A DNA stretch of 64,000 nucleotides from Octopus bimaculoides (Eukaryota), in assembly GCF_001194135.2 (NCBI RefSeq), contig NC_068982.1, forward strand, positions 93,954,094-94,018,093, written 5' to 3'. Made by a program: the position numbers and the translations under genes. Shown here in pieces: positions 37,830 to 51,000 of this stretch. The notes below the pieces were generated by a model. That model searched no databases. It had not been told where the DNA came from and was given only the letters and a program-made list of their open reading frames with translations. Position 1 is the stretch's first letter. Each line of letters opens with the position of its first letter.

Positions 37830-38754
37830 CATACATACATACATACATGCATACATACATATATAGGCACGTGAGTCGTCTAAGAGACCATAAGTTATGG
37901 AAAAGATGCACTCATATATCTGTCACTATCATGCCATAACTTCAATCACAGGTCTCCGGCCTGGACCTTCCATCAGTACCCTCGGGCTCGGCAAAGAGTT
38001 TGACCAGAGCACACACCATTGGACCCATGTATGCACATGTACACCCCCACAAGACGGACACCTCACAAAATAGACTGTCTACCACCTCCTCCAACATATA
38101 CCTCTTTACACACATTGCACCCCCACGCATATATAGACCCCCACACACATTACGCAGCACACGCTAACATAAACCCCCACGGCCTTAACCAATACAGAAA
38201 GAAAACAGACCAATGTGCATAACTAACTATATATACCTACAGTCTTGGAAAAATTATGCATATGACACCACTACACATATCATAAACCCATCCCTACAGG
38301 AATACCACACTTATAACACACACTTTGCCCACAAGCACTTCAAGATAACTCTTACCGGCCTTACAGTGTACTCAACCAAGGGACATAATTCCTAACCCAA
38401 TCTCCAGGCCCATTTTCCTTTTACCACCTTTTTCACAGCAACCGCAAACCAGATGTGTTAATCTACCTCCGACAATAGAGAGCAGTCGCCATATTCCTTC
38501 CATATCGGCTAACTCTGATGAGCATAAGGTTATATAATCAGATTGTTACATAACACTCCATTGTATTATTTGCGTGAAACCGAGTGGCAAGATCAGCCAT
38601 GATGGATATATAGTACTGTACATTTCAGACGATATATATATATATATATATATTTTATATATATAATGTTGACCAGTAAAGTGGACGTTTCTTTCAATGT
38701 GCTAGCTTCCTGGTAATAAATCGATATTAATTAATATCTGATTTTTACCCTATG

Positions 38755-38806
<52 letters not shown>

Positions 38807-39184
38807 CATACATACATGAGCCTATCATTGTAGAAACTGTCCCCTTCTAACAGTCTCTAATTAAGGTAGGTCAATGATTTTGATTAATAATAAATCTCAG
38901 AGCAATGCACCAAAACTCGTGAGTGAACTAAAAACTTTTAGTTCGACTATCCCTCCGCTGAGCTATTTCGGCCACATAGGAGTGAAGGCATAACTTTTAT
39001 GAACACTAGTTTGTATTTGGTAGAATTAGCATAAATGTTTTCTTCAGTTTTCTGTTTCTTTTGAAACATGCAATGTAAAAGGATATTGGAATCCACATTA
39101 TTTGTCTGATGCTGGATTAAACTTATAATTTGGAGAAATGGCTTTACAAATATGTTTGTACAAAGTAGTGTGATAGAGTATATG

Positions 39185-39410
39185 AAATAGAGAAAGAGAG
39201 AGGAGAATTATAGAGAGGGGAGTGATAGAGAGAGGTGGAGTAGAAGAGGAGGGATGAGAGAGGGGAAGGGAGAGCGGGGAGTGATAGAGAGAGAGAGGGG
39301 GAGTGAGAGAGAGGAGGGATAAAAGACAGGGGAAAGCGAGCGAGTGAGTGAATGTGTGTGTGTGTGTGTGTGTATGAGAGAGAGAGAGACAGAGAGAGAA
39401 GACAAAAAGA
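39185..39410. repeat. (GA)-rich low-complexity tract with (TG)n
   Basis: Direct reading. Confidence 0.9.
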
Positions 39411-40239
39411 GGGAGGTCTAACTATTTTTCTGCGAATTAGTCTTTCTGTAGTTGAAACCTTCAACATCAAAAGAAAATTTAAATATTTTGATAAAAAAAT
39501 ATATTAAAATTAGAATCTTAATAGTTTGTAGACAGTGTAAACGGAATAATTACTTTCTTTTAGAAGAAGTTTTATACCACCAACAAATAAATAGGCAGTT
39601 TTCTTCATTATAGCATTTCCTCATTATGTATTTCCTGCCGTGAAAATGAGAGTATTTTCTAAATATGTTAAAAGATGGTTAGAGGAAAAAATTCATTTCA
39701 AATTAATAAATGTAATATAAGAGCTTCTGTTAGTTTTAATAGAATTTTACACCTTTCGTATACATAGTATAGTTTGTACGAAATCGATATCGTTACATAA
39801 ATAATGAACAGAAGTATTGTAGCTATTGTAAACGCTCTTCTAAACACGAATCACTTTTACTACTGGACGAATCAAAGTTTGGTAAACACTCAGCAATTCT
39901 GTTGTCACTCAACCTGCTGTTAATAATTACATCACACCTTTAAATAATGGGGCTCCTGATGTAAAATATCGTGATAATTCCGACATTTATTTCGACCACT
40001 ACTGACATTGCACTACGTAACAAGGCCAAAGTTCACTTCGATTCAACGTGAAGATCTCTGTACAAGCAAGCAACCCGCAAACTATACTACTCTAATCCTA
40101 ACTCTCCTCAAATCATATCATACCATCTTAAGTTACATACATATGAACAAGTGCACACGTGCACATACGCATACTCAGACACACACACACACACACACAA
40201 CCATACACGCACGCACACACACATATACATGTGTTTAGA

Positions 40240-40590
40240 CATGGTTTGCTTCCCAACTATGCGGCCTTGGGTTCATTCCCACTGTACAGCACCTTGGGCA
40301 AATGTCTTTTACTATAGCCCTGGGATGACCAAAGCCTTGTAAGTGGATTTGGTAGACGGAAGCTATATGGAATCCCGCCCTGTATATATGCATGTGTGTA
40401 CATGAATTTGTGTTTAGAGTGTCCCCCATCGATTGACAACTGGTGTTGCTTTGTTTACACCCCCATAATTTAGTGATGCGGCAAAAGATCGCGAGAATAA
40501 GTATCAGGCTTTGAAATAAGTACTGGAACTGATTTGTTCTACTAAACCCTTCAAGGCGATGCCCTTGCATGGCCGTAGTCTGACTAAAAA
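40240..40590 (+). mobile_element. SINE family 2, near full length
   Basis: tttgcttcccaac...gggttcattccc (B-box-like)...gcaccttgggcaaatgtc...ccaaagccttgtaagtggatttggtagacgg...aaacccttcaaggcg. Confidence 0.85.
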
Positions 40591-40955
40591 AATAAATATA
40601 TACATATATATATNNNNNNNNNNNNNNNNNNNNNNNNNNNNNNNNNNNNNNNNNNNNNNNNNNNNNNNNNNNNNNNNNNNNNNNNNNNNNNNNNNNNNNN
40701 NNNNNNNNNNNNNNNNNNNNNNNNNNNNNNNNNNNNNNNNNNNNNNNNNNNNNNNNNNNNNNNNNNNNNNNNNNNNNATTTGTATATATATGTACATGTA
40801 TGCATGTGTGTGTATGTGTGTGTGTGCGTGTGTGTGTGCGTGCTTGTGGGCGTGCGTGCGTGTGTATGAATTTGAACTCTCCCATAAAAATGCCCAAGAG
40901 ATCAGCAGAAGAATTTTTCTTTTATGCTTGCATCCATTGCAAGAAATTTACACAC

Positions 40956-41326
40956 TATAACGTAATTTAGCAAGACAACTGGTCAGATACTTCGTTCTTA
41001 ATTCTCTCAGAAGACTGAGATTGGGCACTACGAAATTTTTGATGCCCTGGTGAAAAGTCTTCCATTCCAGGTGATTCAAAACATACGCATGACAGTATAC
41101 ATGAGGGAAAATGACAACATTAAGACTATATTCAATGTTATCCTTGAATGGTTGATGACTTGACCAGCCCAGCTGAGACGTGACTGAACAGAAACAATTC
41201 CATGTTGCTAAAGCCACATTTTGGAAATAGAGCAGAAATGGTGGTTTCAATCTGAACACCACTGTATCATAGCGTATATCTGGTAAGCTCTCTCCGACCA
41301 TTATCTTATAAACACATAACAAATTG
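40956..41326 (-). CDS. Candidate upstream exon: NLLCVYKIMVGESLPDIRY...WNCFCSV...YCHAYV...TSCLAKLRY (123 codons)
   Basis: Strong acceptor ttctcgttttctattcAG at the start of a 375-nt non-repetitive ORF. Weak donor GTGTGT (phase 1, fits the next exon); an alternative donor GTATGT follows 41087. An ORF this long is borderline for chance in this window. Confidence 0.3.
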
Positions 41327-41719
41327 CTGAATAGAAAACGAGAATTTTCCTCGGCAGCAATGAACTAAATAGACTTGTTTGTATATTTGTAGTGCTTCAA
41401 TAGAGTTGGGTGACAAAGCCTCAAAAGGTAAGATTTATTTTATTCCTTATTTCAATTATCAAGAAAGTCTACGTGCAGCTCTATCATTTTTGGAAACAAC
41501 GCAATGTTCAAGAGTTTAGAAACTTCACACCCACGATGAACATTAATGGTAAACATAAATAACAAGGCTTAAGACAACATTTTATAATTCTTGGACAACA
41601 GATGTTTTTCAAAGCTCATGAGAAATCCACACGAAAATACCTCTTCCTGGAATACGCTCATGTGGACTGTTATTGTGTTTTTGCTCCACTAATGTACTTT
41701 GGGGCTATGTTTCACCTAC

Positions 41720-42420
41720 TATAACCCCCGTGCAATTCAGCTGCTCTTCCACCGCATCTCTACTGTATCTACCACCATAAACTCCATTCTAGTTACTTTT
41801 CTCAATTCTTTCTTCTAACAATGCATCTCATTCATACCTTGTCGTTATCCATAGTTTCTTTAGATAAATAAGCTTAGATAGCTTCATATTAGACATTAAC
41901 TGCATCGACTGCACCAGTCTTCAGTACCCTAATTTCCTCTGCTAAACATAGTTATCTCTGATGTACTGTCACGCTGCAAGCTAATGATTACTGTCTCTTT
42001 TCATGTGATTTCTCAAGGGTGTCTTTATTCTGTAAAACAAAAATGTTTTCCTTGTTGGACAATACTTCTATTAAGATAAATCGATTACTCTAATGAAAAA
42101 TTTTGATAATAACACATATTTGCAGCTGACTCCTATTTCGGTTCTAAATTCTCGACATTCTTTGCGATTGCAGTCATATAAAACAGAGAATTCTTATAAT
42201 ATTCAGCAGTTTTCAATGACCCTCATATTTTCATATAGTCTTTAGTAAGCCCTCACAATTTGCATTTTTAGATGCTTTCTGGAAATCGACGAAGTTCACG
42301 AAGATTATATTCTTTATAACAACTTCACCACAGTGCAGTATATTTTCTGTTCAAAACCCTTTACTCTAGCAGGATTATGTTTTTCAAAACTTCTACATTT
42401 CTGTACACTTTACCATCAGT
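41720..42420 (-). mobile_element. Highly degenerate RTE-like LINE RT fragment
   Basis: YKEYNL...NFVDFQKA...EGL.K resembles RT domain 3 (FVDFQKAFDS). Confidence 0.55.
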
Positions 42421-43513
42421 TAAAAAGTGAGTAACATAATTAATGATGAATGATATCTCATTAATTACAAAGTTGCTTCTATTGGAGAATTTCATATGAT
42501 AATCCCTTAATGTCAGTTAGAAAATAACTACAACCACTGAGCTATATGTTACAGAAAACATTTAATATTCTTTGTAACACCTATCCACCTTATTTTAGAA
42601 TCTTTGCATTTATTATATAATTTCTTTGTGTTTTATTTATCTGCAGTTATTTTAATGTCACTACTATTTCATTCATTGTAATTCCTGTTTAACTAGCAAC
42701 AGAGACCAGTAACTATTTTCCGAAATGCCAAACATCTCTGCACGCCATGATTTATATTGAAAAAGTTAGTCCAGCATTCAGCTTATTCCTATGGTGAAAT
42801 TAGTATATTTCTAATATTGTCTTCCAATTTTACACCATCTCCTGTCGCTCCTAACTATGTCCAACAGTTTAATTATATGATATTCCTAACATCATTTGAA
42901 CGGTTGACTGTATAATACAATGAGCAGGTGTCATTAAGTTTCAGATGCTCTGTGCTCTATTTATTTAATACGACGTTGAATGAATATTGTAGCCCTATGG
43001 AAGCAAACTTTCCAATAATATTTTTCAAAGTTTAATCTCATGTAAACTTGGTTACATTAATAAGTGCAAATGAAACAGTAGTTTGTGCCATTTGCATGCA
43101 CTATATTGCAAAACGTTTATGTATTCAATGCAGTTATTGTCAACGTATTAGTTAAATTTACACACTACACAATGCCAGGCGGTTTAGGATATAGCAATTT
43201 TCTCACGAGAATTCCAAGTTAGAATAAAGAATCTGCAGCTACACAATGAGCTTCTGCTGATCAACAAATACATCTGAAGTTCTGGAGTGTTGTTGTACCG
43301 TTAGTTATATTCCTCTTTCAAAGAGCACTAATCTGATATGGGATTATCTGTAGCTTCAGATGCACGTGTATGTTTGTAATAAAGAAAACTTACATAAGTT
43401 GATTGTTGCATTGCAACAGCTTCAGTAATATTTGATAACGTGTGCTCTCACACAAATACACACACTCACATATATACACACATGCATCTCTCTCACACTC
43501 TCTCTGAATATAA

Positions 43514-43560
<47 letters not shown>

Positions 43561-43570
43561 NNNNNNNNNN

Positions 43571-43735
43571 CATGCATGTATGTATGTATTTATGTATGTA
43601 TGCATGTATGTATGTATGCATGTATGTATGTATACATGCATGTATGTATGTATGTATGTATGTATGTATGTATGTATGTATGTATGTGCGTGTGTGTATG
43701 CGCATGTGTGTGTATGTTTGTGAATACGCATACAA
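43571..43735. repeat. (TATG)n/(TG)n microsatellite, with (TA)n before the gap
   Basis: Direct reading. Confidence 0.95.
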
Positions 43736-43909
43736 ATATCCTTGGTCAGTTATGCTATAAATGACCAAGGATAAGAAATATAATCATTATTGTATTTCTG
43801 TCAATTGAAATCCCTGAAAGAACAACCCGATGGCAATCTATCGTTTTCCATTTCTTTCGCGTATGATGCAATTCTGATTCAACCTCCTCTTCTCTTTCGA
43901 TCTACTTAC

Positions 43910-43938
43910 AATGTGCATGTATACTGCTGCAGATTCAT
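43910..43938 (-). CDS. Possible first coding exon segment: MNLQQYTCT(F)
   Basis: An ATG followed 29 nt later by a consensus donor GTAAGT; phase 2 fits the 41326 acceptor. It is very short and could be chance. Confidence 0.2.
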
Positions 43939-44468
43939 GTTTATTTCTTTTGCATACAAAAACGCTAACTTAAGCAAATTTCGTGTTCTCTTAAATGATC
44001 AATAAAATGCTACGATTTAATACTGAACTCGACTTCATTTGGAATGTTTTAAGCGTTCACAGATTTGTCACGTGCTTTAAAACCTATCATTACGGAAACA
44101 ACGTTTTACAGCTTGGTTTTTATAGGCGCATGAAAAATATACAGATATTTATTGATATACATTTTCAGCAACGAATTAAATTTCCATGTGGCATCAAGAA
44201 TAATTCCAACAAAAATGTAATAAATCTTGATTTCTTTATCCCATTTTAAGATTGCAGGTGTCTTGAATTACTTCTTCTCACATTAACATATTTCGAAAGA
44301 CAATATTATGCCATGTAAACTCGATATAGACTTTCAGATGAATTTCTGAAGCAAATCGCACAACACATAAATATTTAATATATTCACACGCATATATACA
44401 CATAGATATACGCATACTAATTACACGTACATGTATATGAAATTATAAATGAGTATGTATGTATACTA

Positions 44469-44510
<42 letters not shown>

Positions 44511-45059
44511 TATTAAATTATAAATGAGTATGTATGAGATTGTGGAAGTCTGTAGAAATGAGATGTCTGAAGGGAAAATAGATCAGAGAAAATGCTGAAA
44601 GTAAACGACAATCAGTAAAACAGTGAATGAGAGTTCATATTTATACAAAATATTTCTAACAAGTATATAGAATTCTATGTGCTACGATTCCCGTATATTT
44701 GACCAATAAGACCTTCGAAGCAAATTTCATTTGATTATCTGGTATCTTTCCATTGCAATATTCTCTTTTTCCTATACTTGTATCCGTAAACTTCAGTCAA
44801 TTCTTGTATTCCCCACCTGCTATCAATCCTTAGACAATACACTTTATTTGCTTCTGAAAGAAGTCTTTCCTCGCTATAAGTACCTCTATATCTTCTATAT
44901 CTATAGCGGATGGCACATTTGGAGCTATGCCGAGACTTTTGTTCCTATACGTAGAAACAGCAAGCAATATATTTGCTGGTGTGTGCCGAGGCTTGCCCGT
45001 TAATTTTGTATATGTTTTCACAGTAAGAAGAATCAAAAATAAGATATGTCCAGTTATTA

Positions 45060-45790
45060 TTGTAATAACTCTTCTTTGTCTGTTTGCGTGTTTCCAAAAT
45101 TACTGGAAAACGGCTGAACGGATTTTCACCGAATTAGGCAAAAATACTCATTGGGTGAGTGGCTCCAAATAATGAAAATTGGTTTGATTATCTTCAAACA
45201 TACATAAAAACATACATAGATATGCGACTGTGTGTGTGTGTCTGTGTGCTTGTGTGTGTGTGTGTGTGTTTGTGTGTGTGTGCGTGTGCGCGTATGTGTA
45301 CAGTGATGAATTCGAAGGTTTCATTTATTTACGATTTGATTTCTTAATTTCCCCGGAGTATAAATACCTATAATGGTTAAACATTTCTCAATTTCTATGC
45401 AATATTTTCTATAAGTATTTCATTTTATTCACTTTCTTTTTCATATGAATCGACCCTCATCTGTATGTATTTAGATCATGGTATATCTATGCGCGTAGAC
45501 ACGTATGGGTACATACATAATAACTACATACATAGTAATGCGACTGTGTGTGTCTCCGTGTATGTGTGTGTTTGTGCGCGTGCGTGGGTACAGTGATGGA
45601 TTCGGAGGTTTCGCTTATTTACGAGTTGATCTCTTAATTTCACCGAAGTATAAATACCTATAATGATGATACTTAAAAAAAAAAAATCAATTCAATTAAA
45701 AAGCATGGGTAAGCGACGCATTCTAAGCCACACTATAATTTGCGAGAAAATGTATCTGCGCGCAGGGTATGTATCGCTCCTCCGATGCCT
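45060..45790 (+). mobile_element. Helentron/DINE-1-like non-autonomous element with an internal ~320-bp-period duplication
   Basis: tgtctgtttgcgtg...aaaacggctgaacggattttcaccgaatt. The block atgcgactgtgtg...tacagtgatg.attcg.aggtttc...gtataaatacctataatg occurs at about 45222-45374 and 45538-45664. Confidence 0.55.
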
Positions 45791-46434
45791 TTTTTCTTTC
45801 ATTCTTAACATGCCTCTTCGACACTAGAACGTGTAAGGCATTCGTAGCCAAGTTAACATGTAAGTTGGCTGAGTTAACATGTAAGTTGGCTCACGCGTGA
45901 ACCCTTAAAGTATATCCCAAGAAAGAGAATCAGTGTGATCTCTGCTGTGATAAGGATGTAACTTTTGAATTACTAGATCAATCAAGCCAACAGGCGTTTG
46001 CACAGTATCCCTCTACCCAAAGTTGCTCGCAAGGTATGGGTCGATCAGAAAATGACTTTTACTTAAGACGTCAAGTAGTGGAATTGAACCCTGAAACGCA
46101 ACACACAGACCACACGGAAATATACCTGGTACTACATAATTCTTTGAGTGAATAAATTGGCAGTGAATTGAGAAATGACTTACAAACAAAATATGTGTAT
46201 GAGAATATTTTGATTTAGTCTTTGCTCGTATTTGGTGATGTACATTTATTGGTTATCGTAATATCATTGGAAATATTAACGATGCATACGGATATAATTA
46301 ACTGGAAAATCCTTTAGCATTGTAACGGTCTACGTCGCGAAAAGAAGAAAACAAAACCAAAAGGGCGAGAAAGTAATTTTTTGCAGAAACATTAACATCT
46401 ACAGCACACGTGAATTGTTTACATTTTTATGAAG

Positions 46435-46472
46435 ACACACACACACACACACACACACACACATCTATGCGC

Positions 46473-46565
<93 letters not shown>

Positions 46566-46635
46566 TGTACATTATGTATGTATGTATGTATGTATGTATG
46601 TACGTATGTATGCATATATGTATGTTTGTATGTAA
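46435..46635. repeat. (CA)n-(TA)n-(TG)n-(TATG)n compound microsatellite
   Basis: Direct reading. Confidence 0.97.
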
Positions 46636-46949
46636 ATACTTGTATTAACAGTGATTCAATTCTGCATTATTAGAAATTTCTGATTATTCAGATATGATAA
46701 TACTGGGTAAAAAGCAGTCACGGTTTCTGCATATGACCAACTGTCAGCAGATTATTTGTAAGGCTCATTTTTATAAGTAACTTCAGGTCACGTATAGGAG
46801 CAGGTAACTCGACGACTGCAGGTTGTAATAACGTCGGTCGGGCTGTTTCTAGATGGGATGGGGAAAAATTCAGGTGCAATATACGATGGAGTCTTTTTAA
46901 TTCTTGTTAGAAATTCCAGTGAAATAACAAAATTCACTGACAACTAATG

Positions 46950-47760
46950 GCATAAAATTTGCTCACGGACATAACTGTCGGTGGTGGTTGTATAAATATT
47001 CAGTTTTCATGTGAAGATTTCTGTAATGTAGCGTTGATATAGCTACAATTTCTTGTGCAGATAAACATGTCATCTCGCTCCGGATAAGAATGGGCATGGT
47101 GAGGAAATTCCAGATTTTTCTGGATAGCTCATTTCCCTAGTTCCGCTGCCTCTGGGAAAAATGAAACAACATGGTGAATTTCCCGTGTCACCTGATCTGG
47201 CAAAGTTTTTAAAACGAATAAACTTAACCTTGAAATCATTGGTTATGAGTTCTGTATAGGTTTTCAGGATACCATCTGTGGGTAAAATTAATTCGTTAGA
47301 CCCATGCTTTGGAAAAAAAAAGCAGGATCCCCTAACAGAATAGGTGGATTAATTTCAGTATTTTCAGGTAGCTTTCAGAGATAAGGCCTGTGTAGGTGTT
47401 TGTCATTTCTGTTGTAGAGTGCGTATTGGAAAACATGAGTAAATTGTCATAACGTTATGCACATTAAAAAGATTGCGGTATAAATCTGTGCTTTGGAAGT
47501 GTTCTCTAATTAGGGGAAAAATGTTTTTTTCGAAGAGATTCATGCGCCGAGGGGACGATTGGACCAAGTTATTTTTTTCTTTTCGCACTTTCTAGTTTTA
47601 GGCACTTCACATTCTGTAGGTAATCTACGTATTACCTTCTTAAGGACTATTTCTTCTGCGTGAAAATGTAAACGTGTACTTTCTAACTCTACAAAATTTT
47701 CGACATCACACATGAACTCTCTCATTTTTTTTTACTCTTTTCCTCTACAACTGCTTCACA
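46950..47760 (-). mobile_element. Degenerate Penelope-like element (RT-endonuclease linker region)
   Basis: KKITWSNRPL...IFPLIREHF...LYRNLFNVHNVMTIYSCFP resembles the PLE linker IIWFNPPF...LI.KHF...IFN...V.ISYSC.P. Confidence 0.6.
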
Positions 47761-48379
47761 TCAGATTGGGGACGCGTGCTTTGGCGCATTGTGAGCTGCT
47801 TCCTCATTTACCTGTTGATGTTCAACTTATCCTTTTTCCATTAAATTATTCGTGGTCTATAATTCATTAAGGATACTTCACTTAGGTTTATTGTCTGTAT
47901 GATGTTTTCTATATTCGATTTTAATTTCAGAATTTTATTCTGCGAAAATAGTCGCTACTGAGGTTTTCCTTCATTTCTATAATTTCGATTTAACCGTTTT
48001 CTAATGTTCTTAGATATTTATGTTGTCCTTCTAAGATTAATGATTATATACTCTTATTTTTGGGTAGATTTATTCCAGTACTTTAATGGGTTTCCCACCT
48101 TCGTCCCTTTCATTGCATATTTTTCGATTCTGAAAATCATCCCAATGTCGTTACTATGTACATTTACGATTTGCACTAAGGAGCCTATTCTTTGCCGATG
48201 ACTTCTTCCTTAGTTTTGTTTACTATAGCCGATAAAGCGATCAGTACGATTACAAACAAGATGGGCGTGAGGCTATCCTATTGACAGATTCCTCTCCTGA
48301 TCTGAATATCTATTAACCTTTCCTCTCTTAATGCTATCTCTGTTCTCCAATGCCGTATTGTCTTTCCTAACACGCACCT

Positions 48380-48690
48380 AACCTTTCACCAGATTTTGAA
48401 AAGTTTTAAGCATTGCTTGATCCACGAATGTGTGACTATGTCGTATACATTTCTATAATCGAACCACAGGATGCATAAATTAGTTAATCTCTTTCTGCAG
48501 TTTCCAAAGATCATTTTGTTAATTACTAATTTGTTTTTCTTCTTCATGCTCTGGTTTCGACAGGCATTTTCTTCATCAAGCATTCGGTGTTTTTCGCATG
48601 AGTACTGACATACGTTTAATGCAACTACCAAACAGGAGTCTCAACATAATTGGCACACACATAATTGGTCAGCGACCTGGCAAAATCGTA
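48380..48690 (-). mobile_element. R4-like LINE RT fragment
   Basis: EENACR...LVINKMIFGNCRKRLTNLCILWFDYRNVYDIVTHSWIKQCL. Confidence 0.82.
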
Positions 48691-48890
48691 AGTGCGTCGG
48701 ACAAAACGCTCAGCAGTATTTCTTCCGGCTCTTTGCATCCAGAGTTCAAATTCCGCCGAGCGCAACTTTGCTTTTCATCCTTTCGGGGTCGATTATATAA
48801 GTGCCATTTAAGGAATGGAATCGATGAAATCTACTTTTTCACTAAAATTGCTGATCTTGGGCCAAAATCAGAAAGAGATTATTATTGTTA
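48690..48890 (+). mobile_element. SINE family 1, degenerate
   Basis: cagagttcaaattccgccgag...gcttttcatcctttcggggtcgat...gaaagagattattattg. Confidence 0.8.
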
Positions 48891-49090
48891 TTGATCTGAC
48901 TCAGGTTCAGTCTTATTCCTAGCGGGATTTATGTGGGAAACGGGTTACTTCCTGTAAGCTGAGGTATCTACTAACTTTCAACAGTTTTTCAAGTGCTTAG
49001 GACACTCCCGATAATCTTTCCTATCCCTAAGAGACAAACTTTCTGGAGAAGTTCTACAGGACATTCATTCCAATATCGTTCAACCATTTG
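48890..49090 (-). mobile_element. 3' end of another RLE LINE family
   Basis: CPVELLQKVCLLGIGKIIGSVLST* followed by a UTR ending in a short (TAA)n. Confidence 0.7.
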
Positions 49091-49099
49091 TATATAATA

Positions 49100-50005
49100 T
49101 AGATATAAATATAGTCTATAATATAGTCAAAAATATAAACTCTATATCTTACCTTATAGTTCTCAATGCACAAATTATTATAGGCACAACCTTTACAGTT
49201 TTCTATTATAGGGAGAATTATAAAAATAATAATGTTTTCTTTATTGGTCACATGAGCCTACATAAAACACACAGGGACCCAAATACAAAGGCACAAACGG
49301 AGGGGGTTTACCGTGTAAACATATAAAACAATAACCAAAATGAACAATAAAATTAACCAATTACAATTCCCCAATAGGGGATGGGGGAAACTTCCATGGG
49401 AAAGCCGTGCAAACCCCCACAGAAAATCACGGTTTCCCTGACCACTTAGGCAAGTGCATCCTCTCTTTCTCTCTTACTCCACTCAGAAGCGCATGCTCAG
49501 AGCAGGCCCGTTCACACAAACAATGCTCGTCACTATCATACACCTTTCAATAAATTTGCTAGAATGGAGCAACTCCCTCTCCACTCTGATCCGCCTGTAA
49601 AAGTTGATCAGAGATTGCTCAAGGAGGAAAGTGCCCGTCTTCAGCCCTTTCAGTCTTGTACACCACACAATCTCTTTCGCCATGGCCATCAGGCAGAAGA
49701 AAACAGCCCGGAGTTCCCGACCAAAGGAAGGGGGAAGAGCAATCTTAACAATAAACTCGGTTGAGAGCCGGACTTGTGCGACACGCGACAGCAAGTGTTC
49801 GACATAAACCCTCACGTCAGAAATTGTCGGGCACTGGGCGATTGGGTGCAGAACGGTTAAATCACTCTGTGCACATCTTGGGCAGCTCCGACTGACGGCA
49901 CTTCCGTGCCTGTAGAGTTTATACCGAACCGCCAAAGCTCCCCGGTGGCATTGCCAAGCCAGGAATTTCTGGAACTTATCCATATACCCCGGCCCGGGAA
50001 CCAAC
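49100..50005 (-). mobile_element. Tx1/L1-like LINE, 3' end (zf-RVT CCHC region and 3' UTR)
   Basis: CHRGALAVRYKL...CPRCAQSDLTVLHPIAQCP...MAKEIVWCTR; the UTR carries AATAAA on the minus strand at about 49240. Confidence 0.8.
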
Positions 50006-50009
50006 AATT

Positions 50010-50783
50010 TAAAAGACCAAGAAGTATCAAGGGTGACCTAAAAAAGAATACTGAAAGCCTAATCATCGCTGCTCAGGACTAGGCGTTGAATACCAAGAAT
50101 ATATACCTTACAAGTGCAACAGACATCTGCAGAATGTGGTAAGAGGGTCGAAAGCGTGACTCACATTATTAGTGCTTGTGAAAGACTTGTGCAGAAAGAG
50201 TACAAGTGTAGACACGACAAGGTAGACCAAAACCTCCACTGGTTACTATGCCGTAAGTAAAGATATGAGGTTATGGGTGCCTGGTGCCAACGTACACCGG
50301 AAAAAGTAATGGACGAAAAGGGGAAGGCAAAGATTCTCTGGGATTTTGACTTCCAGACAGACAAGGTATTAGATCACAGAAGGTCAGATGTAGTAATCTT
50401 TAGCAGGGACAAACAAGAGTGCCTAACAATTAACGTGGCAGTGCCAGGAGATCAACAGATCATCATGAAAAAAAAAGAGAAAAAGTTGATAAATATGGAG
50501 ACATGAAAATTGAGATCGCTAAGATGTGGCAGTAACGAGAGTCAAACATAAAGGTTATCCATATTGCCATCGGAACATTGGGGTCAATACCACTGAATCT
50601 GAAAACTTTAGAAATATCCTACAAACTAGGAGTATTGCAAAAGTCGGCAATACTTGGAACTGCACGCATATTGCGTAAAGTACTGTCTGTCTGAGGTCCT
50701 TATGACTTGATACACAGTACAATCCCCGGTAGACACAATATTTTCAATCAACAACTTCACGATATTGTATACTGTGCAACGTC

Positions 50784-50848
<65 letters not shown>
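50010..50848 (+). mobile_element. R4-like LINE, 3' part with (TAA)n tail (50785-50848)
   Basis: LKKNTESLIIAAQD*AL.T; ILWDFDFQTDKVLDHRRSDVV...INVAVPGD; LQKSAILGTARILRKVLSV*. Confidence 0.88.
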
Positions 50849-50851
<3 letters not shown>

Positions 50852-50923
50852 TAATGATGATGACGATGATGATGATGATAATAATTGCTATTATTATTAT
50901 TATTATTACTTTTTCTTTCAATC

Positions 50924-51000
50924 CTTCTTCTTCTTCTTCTTCTTCTTCTTCTTCTTCTTCTTCTTCTTCTTCTTCTTCTTCTTCTTCTTCTTCTTCTTCT
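50924..51000. repeat. (TTC)n microsatellite, the (GAA)n tail of the minus-strand LINE at 51001-52205
   Basis: Direct reading. Confidence 0.95.
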
